From IMG/VR virus record IMGVR_UViG_3300028027_000046: a stretch of 64,000 nt of DNA. The stretch is one strand, 5' to 3'. This document shows positions 39,506 to 48,055 of the stretch, in pieces (position 1 is the stretch's first letter; each line of letters opens with the position of its first letter). This DNA is from an uncultured virus (IMG/VR IMGVR_UViG_3300028027_000046) (lineage: Duplodnaviria; Heunggongvirae; Uroviricota; Caudoviricetes). The notes beneath the pieces were generated by a model. The model was not told the DNA's origin. It was given only the letters and a program-made list of their open reading frames with translations, and ran no database searches. The translations under genes were made by a program, and so were the position numbers.

Positions 39506-40488
39506 TGGACGTTATTGAAACATTTTTACATCGCATATCATATAAATTCCCTAAGGGCTACCCAGACATGAATAGCCCACAGGATGTTACGTTATTGAAC
39601 GAAATCATATCTAATTTAACTGAAGAAACACCTACATCTACTGGTGAAGACGCCAAATACGATAAATTAATTCGAGACACATTGGGTGTCAAAGAAGGAG
39701 AATCTATCCCAAAACCAAAAGGCACATATTCATTAAAAGGCGGTACATTCATGGAACAGGTAAGCCCTGGAGACATGAACGAATTCAACAAACTATACAA
39801 TACAGCACCACCTAAAGTTGGCGAAGAAGAAGGCGAAACAAAGGGTGTGGGTAATGGCGAAGTAGCATTATATTGGCTATACAAATATTCAGGAAGCGAC
39901 GTTAAAGTAGGTAGAGCTGGTGATGACCCAGATTTATTCATTAACGGTAAGGGCGTTGAGGTTAAAGCATATAAATCCCACACTGGTAAAATTGGTTTGG
40001 GACGATTTGGTACCGATAAAGACAATTTACAATTACTAAGCATCATATTTGGTATTAAATCATTGAGTGAAGCATTGGGTAGCATGGAAAAAGGCCCTGC
40101 TGTTAACCCAACCAACTTTAAAGGTACTGACCTAATACCAGCATTCGAACAAGTACTTGAACTTGAACGTATACCTGATTTAGACAGACTTGCATCACAA
40201 TACAATGTATTCGCTACTATTAAAGAAAACATAGACGCATTAAACAATACATTAAATAATCCCACCGAAGCTAAAGAAGGAGCTACGGCCATGGCTGCCA
40301 AAATGATTGAATCCAAACTAAGTAGAAAACCAGGTAACGAAAACTACTTAGCAAACGTATTGAAAAACGGCAGCATTAAATTCTTCTACATAGACTTTGA
40401 AAAATTCGAAACCAATGAAAACCTACTAGACAATTTCGCAGCAAAACAAAGCGCAATATATCTAGATTTCGGAAAAATATTTGGATAA
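39505..40488 (+). CDS. restriction-endonuclease-like PD-(D/E)XK protein
   Basis: GVGNGE...PDLFINGKGVEVK. Confidence 0.65.
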   Translation: MDVIETFLHRISYKFPKGYPDMNSPQDVTLLNEIISNLTEETPTSTGEDAKYDKLIRDTLGVKEGESIPKPKGTYSLKGGTFMEQVSPGDMNEFNKLYNTAPPKVGEEEGETKGVGNGEVALYWLYKYSGSDVKVGRAGDDPDLFINGKGVEVKAYKSHTGKIGLGRFGTDKDNLQLLSIIFGIKSLSEALGSMEKGPAVNPTNFKGTDLIPAFEQVLELERIPDLDRLASQYNVFATIKENIDALNNTLNNPTEAKEGATAMAAKMIESKLSRKPGNENYLANVLKNGSIKFFYIDFEKFETNENLLDNFAAKQSAIYLDFGKIFG

Positions 40489-40491
40489 ACC

Positions 40492-41613
40492 ATGAACAGA
40501 CTAGAAAAACTCATTCGCGAAGCACTATCCACACCACCATCCAAAGACAAATGCAATTGTGGATGCCACGACTGCGACAATGTTGGAAATCCAGGCGTAG
40601 TAATAAATGAGTCACTTAGTACACCAATAACAATGACGGAAAATCTGCGATATCACGTGGAAAATAAATTGCCACTCACAGAGAACACATTCCGTTATGG
40701 TTCAAAATCGTTCCTCGATTTATGGGCAGAGGCTCGCTACCTATACCTACGCGAAGCAATTCACGTAAACGATTTAGACAAAGAAATACTCGCTGAAACC
40801 AATTTAGGCGAATATGGTATGTTTGAAGGTAACCGTGTACCACTGGACATGCCTATGGAATATAAAAATCCATATGAACCAATACTAGAAGACATTCTGG
40901 TATATGGTAAAATATATGAATCCGTAAATATAGACAATTCATACAAACTGGACGATATTAAATCAAACGAGGTAGGGAATGAATTTATATTCACCGATAA
41001 ACACGGTATTAAACGTAAATTGTTATTTTTGTTGGGGAATAGCGTTAAACTGTTATGGTTTAACCCATCCACTCAAGAATGGACAACAGACGATATACCA
41101 CGCAAATACGAAGACGAGAAAGTAATGAACACATTTGGCATGCTGCTGGTTAAAGTAATATTACCAAAATATGGTTCATTCAATTTACAAGCGTTAAGTA
41201 TGGCTCGCTACCGTTTGTTTCGTGCATTAATATACAATAATCTAGATACATCCAAATACGAGATGGACTACGATGACGATACCAGAACAATCGATGTATA
41301 TAAAATAGAGAACATCAACGAGGCAGACAAAAAAGACCCACCAATTGGCAAACCAAAACGTGGTGGTTCAGGCGGTAAAAAATACTACGTGTATGTCCGC
41401 AACCCAAAAACTAAACGCGTTAAAAAGGTGTCATTTGGTGATGCTGGTGGACTTAAAGCCAAAATTAACAACCCAGAGGCACGTCGAGCATTCGCCAAAC
41501 GACATGATTGTGCCAATAAAAAAGACCGTACTAAAGCGTCATACTGGAGTTGTAACCTACCGAAGTATTCATCTTTGTTAGGTATAAAAAGTACTTTTAC
41601 CGGTTTTTGGTAA
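40492..41613 (+). CDS. multi-module protein with C-terminal basic domain (DUF6321-like)
   Basis: KKYYVYVRNP...KVSFGD...RRAFAKRHDC...YWSC. Confidence 0.7.
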   Translation: MNRLEKLIREALSTPPSKDKCNCGCHDCDNVGNPGVVINESLSTPITMTENLRYHVENKLPLTENTFRYGSKSFLDLWAEARYLYLREAIHVNDLDKEILAETNLGEYGMFEGNRVPLDMPMEYKNPYEPILEDILVYGKIYESVNIDNSYKLDDIKSNEVGNEFIFTDKHGIKRKLLFLLGNSVKLLWFNPSTQEWTTDDIPRKYEDEKVMNTFGMLLVKVILPKYGSFNLQALSMARYRLFRALIYNNLDTSKYEMDYDDDTRTIDVYKIENINEADKKDPPIGKPKRGGSGGKKYYVYVRNPKTKRVKKVSFGDAGGLKAKINNPEARRAFAKRHDCANKKDRTKASYWSCNLPKYSSLLGIKSTFTGFW

Positions 41614-41642
41614 ATCCAATATTTTATAATATGTATTATCGT

Positions 41643-42293
41643 ATGACAACGATAATTTATTATTTACATAGGGGGGATAAAACTCCATTTTATGTTGGAA
41701 AAACAAAAAACCACCCTAAAAAAAGAGAAAAATCTCACCAAAATAGACTAAATGATTCTACTATTATTTTAGAAATAATAGATTCTGTAGATGATTGGAG
41801 ATACTGGGAAAAACATTATATTAATTTATTTAAACATTTAGGTTATAATCTTATCAACCGAAATTCAGGAGGTGGGGGGCCAGAAATTGTTAAAGACTCT
41901 ACCAAACAAAAAATTAGTCAAGCTAACAAGGGAACCATTCACCCTATAGAAGGTAGATTATCTACTAGTAAGAAATTAACAGGTCGTAGATTGTCAAAAG
42001 AAACATGTATGAAGATATCCCAAAAGAAAAAAGGATCTACTACATCCAAAAAAGGAAAACCTGATGGACCCAAACCCGGGACCTCAGCAGCCCATAAAGG
42101 CAGGATCAGCCCCAATAAAGGTAATGGAAATTTAGTAGCTTTATATACAATAGAAGGAATATATGTAAAAACATACCCTAATTATACTTCTCTAGCTATA
42201 GACCTCAATATTAATCCCGAAACCGTAAGATGCCAATTAATAGGAAAAGCAAATACTATATGTAATAAACAATATAAAGCACAGTATGTATAA
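41643..42293 (+). mobile_element. free-standing GIY-YIG homing endonuclease (NUMOD3/NUMOD1-type tail)
   Basis: IYYL...FYVGKT, R..H, E..YI, N; STKQKIS/ETCMKIS repeats; composition differs from flanks. Confidence 0.85.
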
Positions 42294-42671
42294 ATGATGG
42301 ATAGACTACAACAACTCATACAAGAAGCACTTAAAAACAGACCAGGTCTGTGGGTAAACATTCACACTAAACGTGAACGTGGAGAAAAACCTGCACGTAA
42401 AGGCAGTAAAGCATATGCTACGGCCGTGAAAGCGGGTAAAGCAATCAACAAATTAAACGAAGAAACTACACCCAACCTACAATTCCCCGATGGTTTTCAA
42501 CCAGCAAAATCCGTCCCAAACGGTGGTGCTATGTGTGCTAATTGCGCTAAATGGAACAAATCAACACAATTGTGCGAAGGTCAATACTATATTGACTGGC
42601 ATGGAAACGGTGAAATACCAGCCAAACCAACAGAATATGTTTGTATTTGGTGGGTAGGCGAGCAAAAATAA
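42294..42671 (+). CDS. two-module protein with HiPIP-like Cys cluster
   Basis: PGLWVNIH..R module, then CANC-x8-C-x22-C-x-WW. Confidence 0.6.
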   Translation: MMDRLQQLIQEALKNRPGLWVNIHTKRERGEKPARKGSKAYATAVKAGKAINKLNEETTPNLQFPDGFQPAKSVPNGGAMCANCAKWNKSTQLCEGQYYIDWHGNGEIPAKPTEYVCIWWVGEQK

Positions 42672-42681
42672 ATCCACACAT

Positions 42682-42834
42682 ATGATTAAACTACTAGACC
42701 TGCTAAACGAAATAGTAACCGCTACACAAGTAATATGTGACAATTGTGGTCATTCATGGGATATTGTAGACGGCGGAGACGATTTATATATTTGCCATAA
42801 ATGTAATCACGACAATGCACCCGAACCACATTAA
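42682..42834 (+). CDS. 50-aa zinc-ribbon protein with IKLLDLLNE leader (not in ORF track)
   Basis: CDNCGHSW...CHKC. Confidence 0.7.
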   Translation: MIKLLDLLNEIVTATQVICDNCGHSWDIVDGGDDLYICHKCNHDNAPEPH

Positions 42835-42836
42835 AA

Positions 42837-43100
42837 ATGACCCCATACACCGACATAGAGACAACCGATACATATATTATTCGTGAATTCAACGAAAATA
42901 TAAACCCGATTGAACTAATGTGGCATATGGACAATGAATCACGCACCATCGAAATACTAGAGGACACAAATTGGCAAATTCAGTTGGACAATAACTTGCC
43001 TACCTCACTGAAAGAACATATATTTATACCTAAACACCACTATCACCGTTTAATTAAAGGTGATGGTACGTTACTACTAAAAATACATAAACATGAATAA
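42837..43100 (+). CDS. cupin-like small protein
   Basis: WHMD...IFIPKHHYHRLIKG. Confidence 0.65.
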   Translation: MTPYTDIETTDTYIIREFNENINPIELMWHMDNESRTIEILEDTNWQIQLDNNLPTSLKEHIFIPKHHYHRLIKGDGTLLLKIHKHE

Positions 43101-43776
43101 AACAGACATCCGTCGCATTATCAAAGAAGAAATATCCCGCGCCATAACTGAAAACAAACCTAAATTTAAACAAGGTGAGCATTTCAAATACATGGGTACT
43201 GATCACGAAGTAATCGACGACAATGGATTTATAGTTACAGCAATGACTAAAAATGGTAACCGAGTTAAGTTAAACCACAACCAACTTAAAGCCATTAACG
43301 AATCATATCCAACCACTAAATTACCAACACCTGGAACGTATAACGTTACATTCACTACAGAACGTAGATCGTCATTTGACGAGGTAGAACTTGACGTTAC
43401 CGAAAACGACATTGAGGATGCTCGCCGTAGAGGTAGTAATGGATATAATTTTTGGAGAGATATAATCCAGCCATACGCGCCATTCTTTACTAGTCAAGAC
43501 CGCATTAGTACAGTTGAAAAAGTAATCGAAAATAAAAAATCAACTAAATTAAACGAAGCATCCAATCCATTTTTAGATACAGAAGAAGGTGGATATATGA
43601 GAGAATATATTAATGATGTAGTTGAAGATAGTATGGGTGGACCTGAAGATTTAGATTTAGATTACCGTTCTGATTTTAATATAGCTTTTGATTTAGCACT
43701 AACTCGACTTCAACATGATCATCCTGAATTAGATTTCGATACTATTAAAGCCAATAAAGAAGCTTTTTGGCAATAA
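43093..43776 (+). CDS. multi-module putative head-internal protein
   Basis: IRRIIKEEI leader; ITE/INE/LNE module borders. Confidence 0.65.
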   Translation: MNKTDIRRIIKEEISRAITENKPKFKQGEHFKYMGTDHEVIDDNGFIVTAMTKNGNRVKLNHNQLKAINESYPTTKLPTPGTYNVTFTTERRSSFDEVELDVTENDIEDARRRGSNGYNFWRDIIQPYAPFFTSQDRISTVEKVIENKKSTKLNEASNPFLDTEEGGYMREYINDVVEDSMGGPEDLDLDYRSDFNIAFDLALTRLQHDHPELDFDTIKANKEAFWQ

Positions 43777-43786
43777 AATACATATA

Positions 43787-43870
43787 GACCGATTCATAGC
43801 CGGCCGATTTAATTAACTTATGGAAGCTGTGGCTCCTTATACGAAAGTATTTGGAGCCACCTTTTATTTT
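43787..43870 (+). ncRNA. putative pseudoknotted small RNA plus terminator
   Basis: GACCG/CGGCC stem; loop TTCATAG pairs with TTATGGA; GTGGCTCC/GGAGCCAC hairpin plus T-tract. Confidence 0.4.
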
Positions 43871-43897
43871 GCGTATATTTAAACATAAATAAAAGTT

Positions 43898-44371
43898 ATG
43901 AATATATTTTACATTGACGCTGACCCGAAACAGGCAGCACAACAACTTGCGGATTCCCATATCTGCAAAATGCAGATCGAAAGTGCACAAATGTGTAGCG
44001 TTGCCCATTGGGTAACCGGCTCAACTGCGCCATACAAACAATCCCACACCAATCACCCATCAACAAAATGGGTACGTTCATCAATCCACCACTACAGATG
44101 GACGATTCAACACGGTCTAGAGGTATGTGCTGAATTTGAAAAGCGCTACGGTAAGCGCCATAAAACACAAGATGTGCTGGAATGGTTACGCGACAATGAA
44201 CCGCGTTTACCTGACGTTGAATTCGTTGATCCTCCGCAATGTATGCCCGATCAATTCAAACAACAAGACACTATACAAGCATATCGTACATTCTATGTAC
44301 AAGATAAAGTTAAAATTAAACAATTAAAATGGAACAAACTAAACAATCAACCAACATGGATAAACGAATAG
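43898..44371 (+). CDS. pyrimidine-dimer DNA glycosylase/DenV-like family protein
   Basis: MNIFYID.DP..AA...DSHICKMQIESAQM...NHPSTKW...RYGKRH...PQCMPD...AYR.FY. Confidence 0.78.
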   Translation: MNIFYIDADPKQAAQQLADSHICKMQIESAQMCSVAHWVTGSTAPYKQSHTNHPSTKWVRSSIHHYRWTIQHGLEVCAEFEKRYGKRHKTQDVLEWLRDNEPRLPDVEFVDPPQCMPDQFKQQDTIQAYRTFYVQDKVKIKQLKWNKLNNQPTWINE

Positions 44372-45663
44372 TATACATTGGTGCAGGTGTATCCACACAG
44401 TACGCCGTATTACATCTACTTAAAAATGGGTATGATGCTACTAAAATTACCATTATTGATAAAGGAAAAGACATCCATACTCGACTACCCGAGGATGTTA
44501 TGACTGGAGCCGGTGGGTGCGGTACATGGAGTGACTTTAAGGTTATTCCATCATTCAACCAAGGAGGTATATTTTACCCACACTACTGTACTAACCAAGA
44601 ATATGCTGAACAATTATCCAAACAGCTATATGATTATATCGTAGAATACCATCCAGATGCATCTAAAATCATGTATACGGAACCAACGGATGAACCACAA
44701 TATATCAAGGATTCACCATTTGAGTTGCGTCAATCACCATGTTACCATTTAGGTACTGATTTTGGGCAACAACAAGTGAAAGCCATATTCGAGTACTTCG
44801 AGCAATGCGGTGTATATCAAATATATAATGCTGAAGTTACTAGCATAGACGCACAACACAATCGCGTTATGTTTGATACTCAATACGCTGGGGAAACTGT
44901 ACATAACTATACTGACTACGATATATTAATTGTTGGTACAGGTAAATCGGGAATGGACTTCTTGTCGGATTTAATTGAGCAATACGACTTAGACACTACA
45001 CCCAAACCAGCACAAATTGGTGTACGTTACGAAACAGACGGAAAATATTTTACCGAACTAAACAAAATAGCATACGATTTTAAACTATACAAGAAATTCG
45101 GCGACGACAGTGCCCGCTCATTCTGCACAAACAATTTCGCTGCATTCGTAGCTGAGGAAGAAACATACGGAATGAAATCATTCAACGGACACGCTCATAA
45201 AGACCCAGACAAATACAACGGCTTAACCAATTTCGGTATATTACTAGAGGCACGCGGAATCGAGGACCCATTTACATTCAGTAAACAATTAGTGGAATTC
45301 TTCCAAACCGAAGGCAAAGCAGCGTATTATTCACCTACAGACAGAACACCATCACAAACCGACCAAGGTGGATCTGTACCTGGATATAAAATTACGTTGG
45401 ATAAATTCAAGGAAGGGTTCGGTAAATATGCCGACTACATCATGGAATTTATATCCGATTTAAACACAACATTTGGTATTGACGACAACTATATATTCTA
45501 TTGCCCTGAAGTTAAATTCTTAACCAACGAAATCACCCTAAACAAACACGATTTATCGCTACCAAAATACCCAAACATACATTTGCAGGGAGATGCAGCT
45601 GGTGCTCGTGGAATATACATTTCAGCCCTACACGGAATATACATCGCAGATTCGTTAATTTAA
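44356..45663 (+). CDS. FAD-dependent oxidoreductase (COG2509-like)
   Basis: IGAG Rossmann motif, GAGGCGTWSD, IGVRYE, RSFCTN, PEVKF, GDAAGARG; start at MDKRIV. Confidence 0.88.
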   Translation: MDKRIVYIGAGVSTQYAVLHLLKNGYDATKITIIDKGKDIHTRLPEDVMTGAGGCGTWSDFKVIPSFNQGGIFYPHYCTNQEYAEQLSKQLYDYIVEYHPDASKIMYTEPTDEPQYIKDSPFELRQSPCYHLGTDFGQQQVKAIFEYFEQCGVYQIYNAEVTSIDAQHNRVMFDTQYAGETVHNYTDYDILIVGTGKSGMDFLSDLIEQYDLDTTPKPAQIGVRYETDGKYFTELNKIAYDFKLYKKFGDDSARSFCTNNFAAFVAEEETYGMKSFNGHAHKDPDKYNGLTNFGILLEARGIEDPFTFSKQLVEFFQTEGKAAYYSPTDRTPSQTDQGGSVPGYKITLDKFKEGFGKYADYIMEFISDLNTTFGIDDNYIFYCPEVKFLTNEITLNKHDLSLPKYPNIHLQGDAAGARGIYISALHGIYIADSLI

Positions 45664-45802
45664 CCATATTTATTGCCATAACCCCTCAATACTTACGTTA
45701 TGGAAAATGAATGGGAACAAGGCGATACTATCGAGTTCTAGTTAAACAGTATTTGGAGCCCCAATTGGGGCTTCATATATTCACATTAAAATAATAAGTT
45801 AT

Positions 45803-46345
45803 ATGGCTAAAATTGGTTTCACAGGAAGTGTATCTGTAGGTAAAACTACACTCGTAAACGCACTCAAACAACTACCTGAATTTGAAGGATATACATTCAC
45901 CACTGAACGCTCAAAATACTTACGTGATTTAGGTGTACCATTAAACACTGATTCGACAGTTAAGGGACAAATCATATTTGCTGCTGAACGTGCTAGTGAA
46001 TTAATGTGCCCAAACATTATTACTGACCGAACAATAATTGACGTAATAGCATTTACTGAATTATCCCGATCAATACCATTCTATCAAAAAGCAGATTTCC
46101 GCACACTAGCATATAATTTAATTTCGGAATATGACTATATATTCTATATATCACCTGATGGCGTAAACATCGAAGACAACGGTGTACGAACAATTGACCC
46201 AGTATACCGAACATCCATAGACAATGAAATTAAAAGCATATGTCGTAAACATGTAAGACAAATAAAAAACTACGCAGAATTGACGGGTTCCGTTGAGGAA
46301 AGGGTGCGCAAAGTTAAACAGACAGTATTCCCCACATATTTATAA
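45803..46345 (+). CDS. NadR-type/AAA_28 P-loop nucleoside/nucleotide kinase
   Basis: TGSVSVGKTT, TDRTIID, YDYIFY, EDNGVR. Confidence 0.82.
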   Translation: MAKIGFTGSVSVGKTTLVNALKQLPEFEGYTFTTERSKYLRDLGVPLNTDSTVKGQIIFAAERASELMCPNIITDRTIIDVIAFTELSRSIPFYQKADFRTLAYNLISEYDYIFYISPDGVNIEDNGVRTIDPVYRTSIDNEIKSICRKHVRQIKNYAELTGSVEERVRKVKQTVFPTYL

Positions 46346-46361
46346 TTAAAAATATATTCAA

Positions 46362-47342
46362 ATGAAGAAAAATTACTTAATGGAAATCATCCGCGAGGAA
46401 ATATCTAGTTACTTAGGCGAAAACGAGTCAATGTACGATTCACCACAAACACAACAGCGTGAAGTATACAGTATGTTGGATCAAGTAGAAAACTTAAAAA
46501 AGCTACGTGCTGACTTAGACGAGCAAATTGCACAATTAGAAGCTATTGCAAACACGTTTAACGTAAACGAAGATGCAGCAGCAAACAAAGCAGCAACTGA
46601 CGCTCAACGTATGGCTATTGATAAAAAAATCACCGCGTTGAATAAAACCAAACAAGAATTATCTAAACCGGGTGTTGCATTAGAAGAAGAGCAACTTGAT
46701 GAAGAAACGTTAAACGAAATGCCATTCATTGGTGGTGAGAAAGGTGCAGAATTATTCGCAGCAATTAAAACAGCATCTGAGAAATTAAAAGACAAATTCC
46801 CAGACGCAACAGCAAAAGACATTTCAAAAATCATATTAAGTAAAAAGAAACGCCCTGAACTTGCACCTGAAGTAGAGGACGCGTTAATGGCACAAGAAGA
46901 AAAATATGGTGATGACCCAAAATACACAGCTAATTTAGGTGGACCACAAACAGAAAAAGCAGTAGCTAAAGCATTGGGCGAATATGAGCCAGGACAACGT
47001 GGACGTAAAGCAACTGAAAAACCTGCAGTTGAACCAAAAGCAGCAAAAGCAAAAACAGCTCCTGCCGCTAAAGCAGAAAAATCTGCAGCCGAACCAACTA
47101 CCACTACTACTGAACCAGTAGACAAAGAAGACGCAGCAGCATTAAAAGCAGCAGCAAACGTTAAAGGTGGTGCATTAACAGCTGGTGAAAAATACGGTAA
47201 GTTAAAAGCATCGTTGGACACTAAAACAGCTGAACTTAAAGCATTGGCTGGTTCAACTGACATGGAAAAACGTAAAGCATTAACCGCTGAAAAAATGCGT
47301 ATTGAGGCTGCAATTGAAAAATTGAAACAAGTAAAAATGTAA
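46362..47342 (+). CDS. putative head-internal/core protein
   Basis: LMEIIREEI leader; A/K-rich tail; late motif. Confidence 0.6.
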   Translation: MKKNYLMEIIREEISSYLGENESMYDSPQTQQREVYSMLDQVENLKKLRADLDEQIAQLEAIANTFNVNEDAAANKAATDAQRMAIDKKITALNKTKQELSKPGVALEEEQLDEETLNEMPFIGGEKGAELFAAIKTASEKLKDKFPDATAKDISKIILSKKKRPELAPEVEDALMAQEEKYGDDPKYTANLGGPQTEKAVAKALGEYEPGQRGRKATEKPAVEPKAAKAKTAPAAKAEKSAAEPTTTTTEPVDKEDAAALKAAANVKGGALTAGEKYGKLKASLDTKTAELKALAGSTDMEKRKALTAEKMRIEAAIEKLKQVKM

Positions 47343-47348
47343 CAATAC

Positions 47349-47702
47349 ATGAACGACAGGGTAATCCATATTAATTTATCAACGGTAATACTATTATGTA
47401 TTACCCTTGTTGTTTTATTCATATCAACCAAATCATGCGGTTCAAACCCAACTGATTTAACCAATCAACAAACACAAATAGACAGTATATCTGGGGTTAT
47501 CAACCAACTACAGTTAAAGCAACACAAACTAGATGGCACTCTAATCCACCACACTCGAAACATCGACTCACTCAACCATGCCATCCTAAATACCCAGCAA
47601 CAAATATTAGACACACGCTCATATTATGACAATAAAATTAAGGATATTAACCGTTATACTTTTACTCAACTCTATAGTTTTTTCGCAAACCGATACAAAT
47701 AA
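47349..47702 (+). CDS. spanin-like membrane/lipoprotein with coiled coil
   Basis: N-terminal hydrophobic helix ending KSC, then coiled coil. Confidence 0.5.
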   Translation: MNDRVIHINLSTVILLCITLVVLFISTKSCGSNPTDLTNQQTQIDSISGVINQLQLKQHKLDGTLIHHTRNIDSLNHAILNTQQQILDTRSYYDNKIKDINRYTFTQLYSFFANRYK

Positions 47703-48054
47703 AATTTGTTTCCCGTACCCTACCGCAAAACGTATAGCTATTGATCTAGTTAAAGGCGATTCAGCCATGGCTGAATTGAAACATACTCATGTACTTGTAG
47801 AGCAATATAAACAATCCCTAGTTGAACGTGATAGTGTAATTGACACATACCGTACTAAAACAGCAACATATATTCAAGAAATATCGTTGCGTGATACTAC
47901 CATTTCACTTCAAAAATACATGGTATCTGAACTCAAATCGGATGTTGAAAAAGCAAACATCCAATTAGACATATACAAAACAACCACTAAATATTTATCC
48001 GTAGGTTTAGTTGGTACACTAGCGGTTATTTCATTTTTATTTTATTTAAAATAA
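47626..48054 (+). CDS. spanin-like partner (signal peptide, coiled coil, C-terminal TM)
   Basis: overlaps the previous ORF by 77 nt; hydrophobic at both ends. Confidence 0.5.
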   Translation: MTIKLRILTVILLLNSIVFSQTDTNKICFPYPTAKRIAIDLVKGDSAMAELKHTHVLVEQYKQSLVERDSVIDTYRTKTATYIQEISLRDTTISLQKYMVSELKSDVEKANIQLDIYKTTTKYLSVGLVGTLAVISFLFYLK

Positions 48055-48055
48055 C

